Assembly (NCBI GenBank): GCA_050331815.1 | Contig: JBHJGM010000007.1 | Span: forward strand, 44,488 to 108,487 | Origin: Opitutales bacterium | GTDB taxonomy: Bacteria; Verrucomicrobiota; Verrucomicrobiia; Opitutales; JBHJGM01 | DNA: 64,000 nt | Direction of reading: 5' to 3' | Shown here: positions 35,593 through 45,985 of the stretch, one piece after another | Layout: each line of letters starts with the position of its first letter | Position numbering within the stretch: position 1 is the first letter of the stretch | The notes under the pieces: model-generated | Databases searched by the model: none | The model's input: the letters and a program-made list of their open reading frames with translations, nothing else | What the model was told of the DNA's origin: nothing | Program-made: the position numbers and the translations under genes

Positions 35593-37443
35593 GTGAAGTG
35601 GTTGAAGCGTTCGTGGCGGCAATTCCGACGAGGTGCGGTTGCGCTTGCGCGGCAGAACCAGCTCGACCTCTTCCCGGTACGGCATCAGCTGAAGGGCTAT
35701 AACCCGGCAAAGTTCAGCGGTGACCTGCGTGCGGGGATGAACGTGGCGCTGCTGGCTTTTCCCCAGGGCATGGCCTATGCGCTGATTGCCGGGCTGCCGA
35801 TCCAGTACGGGATTTTTGGCTCGGCGGTGGCGGCGACTGTGGGCGCGTTTTTCGCGGGTTCGCGGTTTATCATGCTGGGGCCGACCAATGCGACCAGCGT
35901 GACGCTGTATTCGTCGTTCGCGGCGCTGGTTTTGACGATGGGTGGCAGCTTTACCGAAGCGCAAAAACTGGTGCTGCTGCCGATGCTGGTCTTTCTGGTC
36001 GGGCTGTTTCTGGTGATCGGGGCCTACCTGCGCGTGGCCAACTTGATCCAGTACATTTCGCGCACGGTGGTCACCGGCTACATCACGGCGGCTTCAGTCC
36101 TGATCATCGCCAACCAGGTGAAGAATGTGCTCGGCATTTCGTTTTCAGAAGGCGAGGAGCCACGCACCTTCATCCAGGTGGTCTACTTCACGGCGCTGCA
36201 CCTGCAGGACATCGTGCGCCCGGACGCGATCCTGTTTTCGATCGTGACGGCGGTGATTTTTTACGGTTTGAACTGGAAGCTTCGCGCGCTGCCAAACGTG
36301 GCCATCACACTCGTGGTGATGTCGGTGGCCAGCTACCTGACGATCGACGTGGGCGAATTTGCAGAGGTCAAACGGCTGACCGCGGTCTCGGCCAGTGACT
36401 GGAAGCTGACCATTCCGAATTTCGACATCCAGCAGATGAGCCTGCTGGCCGGCACCGCAGGGGCCATCGCCTTGCTGTGCGTGCTGGAGGGCATGAGCAT
36501 CGGACGCAGTCTGGCCGCGCGGGCCGGTCAACGCCTCGACGCCAACCAGGAGATGCTCAACATCGGCCTGGCCAACATCAGCTGCGGGCTTCTGAACGGT
36601 ATGCCTGCTTCGGGCTCGCTGACGCGATCGGCCCTGGGGTTTGAAAGCGGGGCCACCACCTCGCTGGCCAGCCTGTATTGCGGTTTAATGGTGGCGCTGG
36701 GCGTGTTGGTGGTGGGCGAACTGACCCAGTACATTCCGCAGGCCTCACTGGCAGTGCTGGTCATTGTGATCGGCCTGTCGCTGATCAAAATCCGCACGAT
36801 CCGCGTCTCGCTGAAGTCCACTCGTTCAGACGCCGCCTCGTTTCTGGTGACCTTTCTGGGCGGCCTGGTCCTGCCGCTGTCGACGGCGATTTACCTGGGC
36901 GTGGCGGTGAGTTTAATCCTCTTCCTGCGCAAGGTCAGCACGCCGGAGCTGGTGGAGTACACCTTTACCGAGGAAGGCGAACTGGCCGAGCGCGACGAAG
37001 GCGACTCGCGTTTAATCCCGCAACTGAGCATCGTGCACGTTGAGGGAGATCTGTTTTTCGGGGCGGCGGAGGTTTTTCAGACGCAGCTTCAGCGTGTGTG
37101 CCTGCAGCCAAATCTGAAGATCATCGTGATCAAGCTGCGCAACGCACGGCACCTGGACGCGACCGCGGTTATGGCCCTGGAGGAGCTGGTGGCGGATATG
37201 CAGCGGCGTGACCGGCACCTGATTCTCAGCGAGGCCAAGAAGGACGTGGTGCGGGTGATGCGCAACTCCGGGATGCTCGATGTGATCGGACGCGAGAATA
37301 TCTTTCCGGACAACCCGCGTAACCCGACGCTCTCGACGGCCAACGCGCTCAAACGGGCTCAGGAAATTCTGGGCGACGAGGAGGCTAACATCCGGATCTT
37401 CGTCAACCCGAAGAAGCGTGTCGACGGTGCGGAAACTAGTTAG
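35593..37443 (+). CDS. SulP-family anion transporter with C-terminal STAS domain
   Basis: 616 aa. GDLRAGMNVALLAFPQGMAYALIAGLP, many TM helices, and a STAS tail (IVHVEGDLFFGAA). The listed start is a GTG, so the exact start is uncertain. Confidence 0.85.
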   Translation: MKWLKRSWRQFRRGAVALARQNQLDLFPVRHQLKGYNPAKFSGDLRAGMNVALLAFPQGMAYALIAGLPIQYGIFGSAVAATVGAFFAGSRFIMLGPTNATSVTLYSSFAALVLTMGGSFTEAQKLVLLPMLVFLVGLFLVIGAYLRVANLIQYISRTVVTGYITAASVLIIANQVKNVLGISFSEGEEPRTFIQVVYFTALHLQDIVRPDAILFSIVTAVIFYGLNWKLRALPNVAITLVVMSVASYLTIDVGEFAEVKRLTAVSASDWKLTIPNFDIQQMSLLAGTAGAIALLCVLEGMSIGRSLAARAGQRLDANQEMLNIGLANISCGLLNGMPASGSLTRSALGFESGATTSLASLYCGLMVALGVLVVGELTQYIPQASLAVLVIVIGLSLIKIRTIRVSLKSTRSDAASFLVTFLGGLVLPLSTAIYLGVAVSLILFLRKVSTPELVEYTFTEEGELAERDEGDSRLIPQLSIVHVEGDLFFGAAEVFQTQLQRVCLQPNLKIIVIKLRNARHLDATAVMALEELVADMQRRDRHLILSEAKKDVVRVMRNSGMLDVIGRENIFPDNPRNPTLSTANALKRAQEILGDEEANIRIFVNPKKRVDGAETS

Positions 37444-37533
37444 CGCGTGTGTGCCAGCGTCACGTTGACTTTGGCCGAAGCCCTGCCGAGTTTGCGGCAA
37501 CGCTCACCTTGCACCTGTCACTGAGGAGGTCCC

Positions 37534-39285
37534 ATGGAACGCGCACAGATTGCCGAAATACTCGAAGAGATCGCCGCCCTGCTGGAAATTAAGGGCGAGA
37601 ACACGTTTAAAGTACGCGCCTACCAGAACGGTGCGCGGGCCGTGGAAACCCTCGACGAAGATCTGGGCACGCTCATCGACAACGACCGCCTCGACAAGGT
37701 CGACGGCATCGGTAAGGCGCTCGTGGAAAAGATCACGACGCTCTACCGCGATGAAGATCTGCCGTATTACACGGAGTTGAAAGCCTCCGTGCCCGAAGGT
37801 CTGCTGGAGTTGCTCGAGATCTCGGGTATGGGCCCGAAGAAGATCAAGAAAGTCTACGAGGAGCTGGAAGTCACCAATATCGATGAGCTCCGCAAGGCAT
37901 GCGAAGACGGGCGGGTGGCGGATCTCAAAGGCTTTGGTAAAAAGACTGCAGAAAGCATCTTGAAGGGTATTGAAAACCGGGTGGCCTATGCGGCGCGGCA
38001 TTTGTGGTGGGATGCTTTTGAGGTGGCCGAACCGATTCTGGAAGGCCTGCGTGGGCTGGACGCTGTCGAATTGGCCGAGCACGCCGGTAGCCTGCGTCGC
38101 CGGGTCGAAACGGTGGGCGACCTCGATTTTCTTGTGGCCTCAGCAGACCCTAAGCCGGTCATGGACTGGTTTTGCCAGCGTGAGGGTGTCGAGGAGGTGC
38201 TGGCTCAGGGTGAGACCAAATCCTCTGTACGCTACGAGGGCGGCCTGCAGGCGGACCTGCGCGTGGTGCCCAAGGATCAGTTTCACTTTGCGTTGCACCA
38301 TTTTACCGGCTCAAAAAACCACAACGTACGGATGCGTTCGCGGGCGCTGGAACACGGCTTCTCCCTGAGCGAATGGGGGCTCTTTCCCAAGGATGAACGT
38401 GGCAACGAGGATCGCGAAGCCGCCGAGCCGGTCGCCAGCGAGGAGGAATTGTTCGAGCGCCTGGGTTTGCGCTTCATCCCGCCCGAGTTGCGTGAAGACG
38501 CGGGGGAGATCGAGGCTGCTGAAATCGATGGCGGTGATGGCCTGCCGGAACTGATCGACTTTGGCGATCTGCGCGGCGTTTTCCATAACCACACGACCGC
38601 TTCGGATGGTCGGGGCACGTTGGAGCAGATGGTGGAGGCGGCCCAGGAGCACGGTTTTGATTACATCGGGCTGGCCGATCACTCCAAGGCCAGCTTCCAG
38701 GCAAACGGTCTGGATGAAGCGCGACTGGAGGCGCAATTGGAGGCAGTCGAAAAGCTCAATGCCTCGAAGGCATTCAAGACGTGGTGTTTTTCTGGCATCG
38801 AGTGCGACATCCTCAAGGACGGCTCGCTCGATCTGGACGACGCGATCCTCAAGCGCTGCGACTACGTTGTCGTTTCGGTGCACTCGTCGATGTCCGGGAT
38901 GAGCGAGGAAGCCATGACGCAGCGCATCTGCAAGGCCCTGGAGCATGAGAGCGCCACCATGCTCGGGCACTTGACGGGTCGGTTACTGCTGCGCCGCGAA
39001 GCCTATGCGGTCAATGCGAACAAGATCATCGACTGCGCGGCAGCGAACGGGAAGGTCATCGAGTTGAACGCCAACCCCTGGCGCCTGGACATGGACTGGC
39101 GGCACTGGCACCGCGCCCGCGACAAAGGCGTGCTCTGCGCGATCAATCCTGATGCTCATGACACCGACCAGCTCGATTTAACGCGGGCGGGGGTTCAGGT
39201 GGCGCGTAAGGGTTGGCTGCGCAAGGAAGATGTGCTGAATACGCGCACCACAAAGCAGATTAAAAAATTCCTGGGTCTGGATTAG
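37534..39285 (+). CDS. polX: family X DNA polymerase with C-terminal PHP domain
   Basis: 583 aa. N-terminal HhH pattern IAEILEEIAALLEIKGENTFKVRAYQNGARAVE, and a PHP domain (FHNHTTASDG, HS...). Confidence 0.85.
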   Translation: MERAQIAEILEEIAALLEIKGENTFKVRAYQNGARAVETLDEDLGTLIDNDRLDKVDGIGKALVEKITTLYRDEDLPYYTELKASVPEGLLELLEISGMGPKKIKKVYEELEVTNIDELRKACEDGRVADLKGFGKKTAESILKGIENRVAYAARHLWWDAFEVAEPILEGLRGLDAVELAEHAGSLRRRVETVGDLDFLVASADPKPVMDWFCQREGVEEVLAQGETKSSVRYEGGLQADLRVVPKDQFHFALHHFTGSKNHNVRMRSRALEHGFSLSEWGLFPKDERGNEDREAAEPVASEEELFERLGLRFIPPELREDAGEIEAAEIDGGDGLPELIDFGDLRGVFHNHTTASDGRGTLEQMVEAAQEHGFDYIGLADHSKASFQANGLDEARLEAQLEAVEKLNASKAFKTWCFSGIECDILKDGSLDLDDAILKRCDYVVVSVHSSMSGMSEEAMTQRICKALEHESATMLGHLTGRLLLRREAYAVNANKIIDCAAANGKVIELNANPWRLDMDWRHWHRARDKGVLCAINPDAHDTDQLDLTRAGVQVARKGWLRKEDVLNTRTTKQIKKFLGLD

Positions 39286-39345
39286 GATCCTTACTTCAGG
39301 AATAAATCCTGGAAACGGGGGTCAGTTCGGACGAATTTTCCAATC

Positions 39346-39603
39346 ATGGAATCGTCCGTAGTTACTTCAAAAGGTCAGACCACCCTCCCCAAGCGCGTGC
39401 GGCAGCGGCTGAATCTGAAGCAGGGTGACCGCCTTTACTTTCAGGAAAGCCAGAAAGGCGAAATCATCCTGGGGGCGAAAACCATGTTCATCGCGGAGTT
39501 TTCGCCGCTGAAACTCAGCGCCATAGCGGTGCCACTTGAAAACGTTGACGACGCTGTCGAAAAGTCCTGTGCCAAGGAGGCACTGGGCGATGATTGCGAT
39601 TGA
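39346..39603 (+). CDS. vapB: AbrB/SpoVT-fold type II antitoxin (VapB-like)
   Basis: VVTSKGQTTLPKRVRQRLNLKQGDRLYF swapped-hairpin motif. It overlaps the downstream PIN ORF by 14 nt. Confidence 0.75.
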   Translation: MESSVVTSKGQTTLPKRVRQRLNLKQGDRLYFQESQKGEIILGAKTMFIAEFSPLKLSAIAVPLENVDDAVEKSCAKEALGDDCD

Positions 39604-39985
39604 TACGAGCCTGCTGGTGCGCTTCGTCACAGGAGACATCCCGGAGCAAGAACTGGCCAGGGAACTGGTAGTTGAGCGCTGTGACGCAAAGAATCCCGCC
39701 TGCGTGAGCCTGCCCGTGGCGCTTAAGTTGTATTTTTTCCTGGCCAGGATCTAAAAAGTTGCGCCCGCGCAGATCCTGGAAGTCTTTCGCCAGCTTTTGG
39801 AAACCGTGGAGCTGCGGTTTCGGTTTCACGAGCAGTTGCTGGCGGCGTTAGAGGATTACGAAGCTGGCTACGGTTTTAGTGATGCGCTCATAGGCCATAT
39901 CGGTCTGATTGAAGGCTGCGAGACAACGTGTACGTTTGGTCAAAAGGCTGCGCGCCTGTCTTCCTTTTCCTCGGAGGCGGGCTGA
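39590..39985 (+). pseudogene. vapC: PIN-domain toxin (VapC-like) interrupted by an in-frame TAA
   Basis: MIAIDTSLLVRF... runs 54 codons to a TAA at 39752. The same frame then continues KVAPAQILEVF...GFSDALI...CTFGQKAARL to 39985, and the two halves together make a ~130-aa PIN protein. Confidence 0.7.
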
Positions 39986-40038
39986 TTGCGCCCGTTGACA
40001 TCGCAGAGGGCAGTGCTTACTCCGGTCTGCATTGGAGG

Positions 40039-41016
40039 ATGAGGGACCTGCTCAAACAAGTGGCCCGGCTGCGCGTGCTGGTGGTCGGCGACGTGATGCT
40101 GGATCATTACATCTGGGGGGATGCTTCGCGCATTTCCCCGGAGGCGCCGGTGCCGGTGGTGACCGTAGAGCGCGATGTGTACGGAGCGGGCGCGGCTGCC
40201 AACGTGGCCCTGAATTGCGTGGACCTGGGCGCTGAGGCGACCCTGGCCGGACCGATCGGCGCGGATGCGGCGGGCACACGTCTGCAGGCGCTGTTGGTTG
40301 AGCGTGGGGCGCAACTGGCACCGTTTTGCGTGCGCGAGGGCACGCCGACAGTAGTCAAGACACGGGTGGTGGTGCGCGGGCAGCAGCTCTGCCGCCTGGA
40401 CCGCGAAGCCGCGCCCCCGGTTTACAGCCTGGACGCCGCAAACTGCCTCGATGCTCTATCAGAATGGGTTTCCGAGTGCGATACAGTGATTGTATCCGAT
40501 TATGCCAAGGGAGCGGTCAGCGAAAAGCTGCTTGACCATCTGGTGCGGGAATCGCGCAGCGAAAACACGTTTCTGGCGGTCGACCCCAAGCCTTCGCGTC
40601 CGCTGGCGTTTCGCGGCGTGGATTTGCTGACGCCCAACCGGGCGGAAGCCCTGCAACTGGCCGGCATTTCGATTGGGCGGCATGAGGACTTTCCGGCCGA
40701 GGCGGTGTGCGCGGCGATTTGGCAAACGTACGCCCCGCGAAACCTCGTCATCACCCTGGGCTCGGAGGGGATGCTGCTTTCGCGCGAAGGCCGCTGCCTG
40801 GAGCGCATCCCCACCTTTGCCCGGGAGGTCTTCGACGTGTCTGGCGCGGGCGATACCTCGGTGGCGGCCCTGGCGCTGGGCTTGACCGCGGGCGCATCGT
40901 TGCCAGAGGCGGCGCGGTTTGCCAACACCGCTGCGGGTGTCGTGGTGGGCAAGCTGGGTGCGGCCACCGTGACGCCGGATGAACTCCTGAGCTTCGGCTC
41001 AAACCCTGTTGCCTGA
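40039..41016 (+). CDS. hldA: D-glycero-beta-D-manno-heptose-7-phosphate kinase (RfaE domain I only)
   Basis: RVLVVGDVMLDHYIWGDASRISPEAPVPVV and PfkB motifs (DVSGAGDT). I take MRDLLKQV (ATG at 40039) as the start. Confidence 0.8.
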   Translation: MRDLLKQVARLRVLVVGDVMLDHYIWGDASRISPEAPVPVVTVERDVYGAGAAANVALNCVDLGAEATLAGPIGADAAGTRLQALLVERGAQLAPFCVREGTPTVVKTRVVVRGQQLCRLDREAAPPVYSLDAANCLDALSEWVSECDTVIVSDYAKGAVSEKLLDHLVRESRSENTFLAVDPKPSRPLAFRGVDLLTPNRAEALQLAGISIGRHEDFPAEAVCAAIWQTYAPRNLVITLGSEGMLLSREGRCLERIPTFAREVFDVSGAGDTSVAALALGLTAGASLPEAARFANTAAGVVVGKLGAATVTPDELLSFGSNPVA

Positions 41017-41052
41017 GGGCGTATCCAGATTTGAATACAATTTTTACAAACC

Positions 41053-41862
41053 GTGTTTCACGATCCTGAAAAGCTGCTGCTGCTGGCTGGGCCCTGTTCG
41101 CTCGAAAGCCAGGAAACCTGCCGGCCCGTCGCAGAGATGCTGGTGGGGCTTCGGCAGCGGCTGCCGCAACTGAACGTGGTCTTCAAAGGCTCTTTCGATA
41201 AGGCCAACCGCACCTCGCTCAAGGGCGCTCGCGGTCCGGGCATTGAGGAGGGCCTGGATCTGCTGCGCTGGGTGAAAGCCGAATACAGCCTGCCGGTGGT
41301 CACGGACATTCATCTGCCGGTGCAGGCGGAGGTGGTTGGCGAAGTTTGCGATGTGCTGCAGATTCCCGCTTTCCTGTGTCGACAGACCGATTTGCTGGTC
41401 GCGGCGGCGCAAACTGGGCGTATCGTCAACGTCAAGAAGGGGCAGTTTTTGTCGCCGCAGGAGATGGCCTTTGTGGTGCAAAAGCTCGAAGGGGCGGACG
41501 CGCAGGAGATTTGGCAAACCGAGCGCGGAACGTTTTTTGGCTACCAGAATCTGGTGGTGGACATGCGCGCGTTTACCTGGATGCAAGGGCACGGCTGGCC
41601 AGCTATTTTTGACGCTACGCACAGTGTACAACTGCCCGGTGCGGCAGGTGGTCAAAGCGGGGGCTTGCGCGAATTCGTTCCGGCGCTGACCCGCGCGGCC
41701 CTGGCTGCCGGTGCCGACGGTCTGTTCATCGAGACGCATCCAAACCCGGATAAAGCGCTTTCGGACGGTCCCAGCCAAATTCCGCTGGAGCAGTTTGAGG
41801 CGCTGGTCGAGTCCGCCCTGGCGGTTTGGCTGGCCACGCGGGATGTATCCAAAAACGCATGA
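41053..41862 (+). CDS. kdsA: 3-deoxy-8-phosphooctulonate (KDO8P) synthase
   Basis: [23 protein letters not shown] and [11 protein letters not shown]. Confidence 0.9.
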   Translation: MFHDPEKLLLLAGPCSLESQETCRPVAEMLVGLRQRLPQLNVVFKGSFDKANRTSLKGARGPGIEEGLDLLRWVKAEYSLPVVTDIHLPVQAEVVGEVCDVLQIPAFLCRQTDLLVAAAQTGRIVNVKKGQFLSPQEMAFVVQKLEGADAQEIWQTERGTFFGYQNLVVDMRAFTWMQGHGWPAIFDATHSVQLPGAAGGQSGGLREFVPALTRAALAAGADGLFIETHPNPDKALSDGPSQIPLEQFEALVESALAVWLATRDVSKNA

Positions 41863-42614
41863 CGGGCGAAATCGAGACGGCGGTGATCGTGCCGGCCAGG
41901 TTGGCTTCGCAGCGTTTTCCGCGAAAGTTGCTGGCATCATTGCGGGGCCGTCCCTTGATTCTCTGGACGGCGGCGGCCATTAAAAAAGCCGCTCCCGGGT
42001 TACCGCTGTACTTTGCCGTGGCCGAAGCGGAGCTTGCCCGAGCGCTTCAAGACGAGGGCTTTCAGACAGTTTTAACCGATCCGGATCTGCCCAGCGGCAC
42101 GGATCGCCTGGCCGCGGCCAACCGGCAGATCGGAGCCCGGAAAGTCCTCAACGTCCAGGCGGATGAGCCGCTCGTATCCGAAAATCAGATACAGGTGCTG
42201 CGAAGGCTGCTTGAGGATTCCGAGGCAGAGATGGCGACCCTGGCCACACCTTTTGAGTCGCCGGAGGCATTCCGCAACGAGAACAACGTAAAGGTGGTGC
42301 GCGGTGCTGAGGGGCAGGCGTTGTATTTTTCAAGGGCACCGATCCCGTATCCACGCGGCAACTACGAGCGGCTAGATGTTGCCTGGCTGCGCAGCGCCGG
42401 CTGTCTGCACCACCTGGGCCTTTACGGCTATCGGGCAGCGTTCCTCGAACAATTTTCCGGCTGGCCGGCGGGGCGACTGGAGCAGGCTGAGAGGCTGGAG
42501 CAGTTGCGCGCGCTGGAGCGTGGCTGCCGTATTGCCGTGGGCGTGGTGAACGAGCGCACCGTCGGCGTGGATACGCCCGAGGATCTGGCCGCAGTGGAAG
42601 CGCTACTGCAGTGA
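41859..42614 (+). CDS. kdsB: 3-deoxy-manno-octulosonate cytidylyltransferase
   Basis: [18 protein letters not shown] and VQADEPL. Its ATG overlaps the kdsA stop (ATGA). Confidence 0.85.
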   Translation: MTGEIETAVIVPARLASQRFPRKLLASLRGRPLILWTAAAIKKAAPGLPLYFAVAEAELARALQDEGFQTVLTDPDLPSGTDRLAAANRQIGARKVLNVQADEPLVSENQIQVLRRLLEDSEAEMATLATPFESPEAFRNENNVKVVRGAEGQALYFSRAPIPYPRGNYERLDVAWLRSAGCLHHLGLYGYRAAFLEQFSGWPAGRLEQAERLEQLRALERGCRIAVGVVNERTVGVDTPEDLAAVEALLQ

Positions 42615-42674
42615 GCGATTTGCGCGTTGACCCATTGAGGCGATGCACGGGAAGTTGATCCGCCAATTGATCTT

Positions 42675-43652
42675 TTGAACCGAGCCATGGAGATGAACGA
42701 TCCGTACGCGACTGCCCGCGAAGTTTTCGACAAGGAGATCGCTGCGCTTGAATCGGTCAAGGCGGCCATCGAGCCCGTATTTGGGCAGGCGGTGGCGCTG
42801 ATCGCGGCGGCAAGCGGAAAGCTGGTCGTCAGCGGCATCGGCAAGAGTGGGATCATCGGGCATAAGATTGCGGCAACCTTTTCCAGCACGGGTACGCCGG
42901 CGGTCTTCATGAACGCTGCCGAGGCGTTGCATGGGGATCTGGGCGTGGTCAGCCCCGACGACATCGTCATCTTGATCTCCAACAGCGGCTCGACGGTTGA
43001 GCTGGTGAAGCTGCTACCGAGCGTACGCCGACAGGGGGCGAAGGTGATCGGTATTTTTGGCAAGGCGGATGCGCCGCTGGGGACAAAGTGCGACTGCGTG
43101 CTGCCGGCCGTGGTCGCCGAGGAAGCCTGCCCGCTCAACCTGGCACCGATGAGCAGCACCACCGCCGCGCTGGTCGTGGGCGATGCACTGGCGGCGGCGG
43201 TGATGCGGGTAAAGGGAGTTACGCGGGATGATTTTGCCTGGCGGCATCCCGGGGGTCACCTTGGGCGCAACCTGCTCTTGCGCGCCAGCGATGTCATGCA
43301 CTCGGGCGAGCAGCTGCCACGTGTGAGCCCGGACGCGGACTTTCGTGCGCTGCTGGTGGAGATGACGCGGGTCAACCTGGGGGCGGTGTGCGTCTGCGAT
43401 GCGACGGGACGGCTGCTGGGTATTGTGACCGATGGCGATGTGCGGCGGTTTGTCCTCAAGGGGCAGGGCATGGAGTCGTCCGCGCGGGAGCTGATGACGC
43501 CCGATCCGGTTACCGTGAGCCCAGACCTGCAGCTGGGACAGGTGTTGGAAGTGATGGAAAATCGCGGACGGCAGATCTACATCGTGCCGGTGACAGGCGC
43601 TGATGGGGCAGCCCTTGGCATGGTCCGCATGCACGAGATCGTCGGTAGTTAA
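42675..43652 (+). CDS. kdsD: arabinose-5-phosphate isomerase (KpsF/GutQ family; SIS plus tandem CBS domains)
   Basis: GKLVVSGIGKSGIIGHKIAATFSSTGTP SIS motif and a C-terminal CBS pair. Confidence 0.85.
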   Translation: MNRAMEMNDPYATAREVFDKEIAALESVKAAIEPVFGQAVALIAAASGKLVVSGIGKSGIIGHKIAATFSSTGTPAVFMNAAEALHGDLGVVSPDDIVILISNSGSTVELVKLLPSVRRQGAKVIGIFGKADAPLGTKCDCVLPAVVAEEACPLNLAPMSSTTAALVVGDALAAAVMRVKGVTRDDFAWRHPGGHLGRNLLLRASDVMHSGEQLPRVSPDADFRALLVEMTRVNLGAVCVCDATGRLLGIVTDGDVRRFVLKGQGMESSARELMTPDPVTVSPDLQLGQVLEVMENRGRQIYIVPVTGADGAALGMVRMHEIVGS

Positions 43653-43707
43653 GAAGCGGCAGGGATTTTGGCGCAGGAAGTTTTTTTCGGCAGCGCAGGA
43701 GGCCGGA

Positions 43708-44793
43708 TCAAAAACGCCAGGTGGTGTCGATGCGGAAGCGCACGCCCTGCTCCGGGCCGATGATCTGCTCGGTCAGCGAGAGACGGGCCATGACCGTGAG
43801 TGATGAGGCCAGGGAGACGATGGCGCGAAAGTCGTGGCCCTTGATGTTACTGCGGCCGAAGCGTGAAAGCGTGTCCTGAGCGTACTCTTCGTTGACAGCA
43901 AGTGACTCGACGTAGGCGTAATTGTAGCGCAGGCGCAGATCGCCGCGTTGGCGGTTTTCGCCCCAGCTTGCGCCCAGCCCGAAGGCAAACACATCGTCAC
44001 TGAATTGCGCGATCACCGGGTCATCGGCAATGCCGCTGTAATCCTGCACGTTAACAATCCCGTCAAAACCCAGCCAGGCCGGTGCGCCGACCAGGGTGCG
44101 TTCCAGCCGCGCTGAGCCCACCAGCACGAAGTAGTCTCGCTCACCGGTAAGCTCGGTGAGGTTTTGCGGATCGGGCCGTCCGCCAAAGCGGTGCCCGCTG
44201 AACTGAAAACGAAGCGTTCCCAGCGGCACCGGTTGCTGCCACTCGGCCTGGGCGGACCAGAGGTCGCCGTGTAGCTTGATCGAGCCATCCGGCAGACGGA
44301 AATAGGAGGCAGCCAGCGTAAGGCGCGCGTTTCCGGGCCGCCACGTTTTGGCGAGATGGATGCCGGTCGGGTCCACGTCGCGGTCCCAGAAATAGTCGGT
44401 GACAAACCGGTAGGGAAAGCCCTGACGTCCGGTCGTCAGCCGCCAACCTGCGCGCTGGTAGCGAAGGAAGTAGCGGTCCGCAAAGACGTCGCGATCGGGA
44501 ATCGCATTGTCGTCGAAGCGAATCAGCGTGATCGTTGGCGTGTTCTGGTTTTCGAAGGTACCGGTGCGCGCGCGGACGTTGACTTCCCAGTGTGCTGAAG
44601 GCTCCCAGCGCAGGCCGAGGCGCTGGGTCAGGCGCACGCGCGTGCGGTCGGCCCGCCCGACCACCGAATCCCGCTCGGACTCAAAGCGGAAGCGTGTGTC
44701 GCCGTACAGGTGGATGGAGGCTGCTTCGTTCAGGGCAACGTCGGCCTGAACCAGGGTCGTTGTGCAGATACCAAGCAGCAGCCAGGCACGCAT
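43708..44793 (-). CDS. outer-membrane beta-barrel porin-like protein
   Basis: Signal peptide MRAWLLLGICTTTLVQA, alternating beta-strand pattern, and a C-terminal ...IDTTWRF with terminal Phe. Same strand as, and 62 nt downstream of, arsC. The listed ORF starts at an upstream TTG. Confidence 0.6.
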   Translation of the reverse strand: MRAWLLLGICTTTLVQADVALNEAASIHLYGDTRFRFESERDSVVGRADRTRVRLTQRLGLRWEPSAHWEVNVRARTGTFENQNTPTITLIRFDDNAIPDRDVFADRYFLRYQRAGWRLTTGRQGFPYRFVTDYFWDRDVDPTGIHLAKTWRPGNARLTLAASYFRLPDGSIKLHGDLWSAQAEWQQPVPLGTLRFQFSGHRFGGRPDPQNLTELTGERDYFVLVGSARLERTLVGAPAWLGFDGIVNVQDYSGIADDPVIAQFSDDVFAFGLGASWGENRQRGDLRLRYNYAYVESLAVNEEYAQDTLSRFGRSNIKGHDFRAIVSLASSLTVMARLSLTEQIIGPEQGVRFRIDTTWRF

Positions 44794-44855
44794 CCGTGCG
44801 GCTGGCCGGCAGCGGTGCCTTTTCGTGCAGCGAGCCACGCGTGGAGATGGCCCCT

Positions 44856-45380
44856 TCAACGAACTTCGGGCAGGGATGCGCTTTCATCGAAAACCTCGTC
44901 CGTACCGATCTCGCTGGTGGCTTTATCAATCTGCACACGCAGGCGATCGAGCTTGTCCAGGGGCAAATTGAGAAAGAGATCGAGGCGGCGATTCATCAAA
45001 TGAGCCACCTGCAGGAACAGGCGCCGTTGCGCTTCCAGCGGTCCGTCGAAGGCGGCAGGGTCGGGCGCGCCCCAGTGAGCGATGATGGGCTGGCCCGGCC
45101 AGATGGGGCACGATTCGCGGGCGTTGTCGCAGACGGTAATCACAAAGTCGAAGTGGACGTCGGCAAACTCTTTCCAGGACTTGCTGCGCGCGGGCGAGGG
45201 ATCCACACCGAAGTTCGCGCGCAGGATCTCGAGCGTGAGCGGGTGGGGTGCGTCTTTGGGCGCGGCCCCCGCGCTGTAGCTGGCAAAGCGCTGGGGCGCT
45301 TTTTTGCGCAGCAGGTATTCGCACAGGATGCTGCGGGCGCTGTTGCCCGTGCACAGGAAGAGGACTTTGAGTTTGTTCAT
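44856..45380 (-). CDS. arsC: arsenate reductase, LMW-PTPase (thioredoxin-coupled) type
   Basis: VLFLCTGNSARS P-loop plus VITVCDNARESCP. I take MNKLKV (ATG at 45380) as the start. Confidence 0.85.
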   Translation of the reverse strand: MNKLKVLFLCTGNSARSILCEYLLRKKAPQRFASYSAGAAPKDAPHPLTLEILRANFGVDPSPARSKSWKEFADVHFDFVITVCDNARESCPIWPGQPIIAHWGAPDPAAFDGPLEAQRRLFLQVAHLMNRRLDLFLNLPLDKLDRLRVQIDKATSEIGTDEVFDESASLPEVR

Positions 45381-45781
45381 CGGCTGTGGTTGGCGGTGCT
45401 GGATTGATGCAGGGGAGGATGGTCCAGGGGCGGGGGGCAGGCGGCCTGTGTGCGACGCAGCCGAGTGACCAAAGCCTGCAGCTTGCGCAGGTCGGCCTTG
45501 AAGTGAAGCGACTCGCCACCGAGGTCCTGCAGGCATTTGAGGTTTTCAACGAGCAGTGCGCTGGGTGGCTCTACGAGGCGGTAGACCCGCCACTGCGCCT
45601 GATGGGAGCTTTCAACGAGCCCGAGTTGTTTGAGGTAGCGCAGTTGCTTGGAGATCTTCACCTGGTCGGCGCTCAGGATTTCCATCAGGTGGCAGACGCA
45701 GAGCGGGCCCTGGCGCAGGAGGTTGAGGATGCGCAGACGCTGCCGGTCACACAGGCATTTGTAGACATGGATGACGTCCAT
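45377..45781 (-). CDS. arsR: ArsR/SmtB-family metalloregulator
   Basis: RLRILNLLRQGPLCVCHLMEIL carries the CVC metalloid site and the HTH. A 4-nt overlap links it to the arsC start. Confidence 0.85.
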   Translation of the reverse strand: MDVIHVYKCLCDRQRLRILNLLRQGPLCVCHLMEILSADQVKISKQLRYLKQLGLVESSHQAQWRVYRLVEPPSALLVENLKCLQDLGGESLHFKADLRKLQALVTRLRRTQAACPPPLDHPPLHQSSTANHSR

Positions 45782-45985
45782 AACTTATGTATGCCATAAA
45801 TTGTATATACTGCCAGATGAAACTACGTGAGCCCTCATGATTTTGTCGGAGGCGCTTCCAGCGCGGATTCCGGTGGTTGACTGGGGGAGGTCGTGGCCGA
45901 TAGAGGAACGGCGCAATCGGTACTCGGGTTCCGGTTGTTTCCGACGCTCGAAATCGCGTTGGGCCTTCTTCAGCTCTCCAGACCC

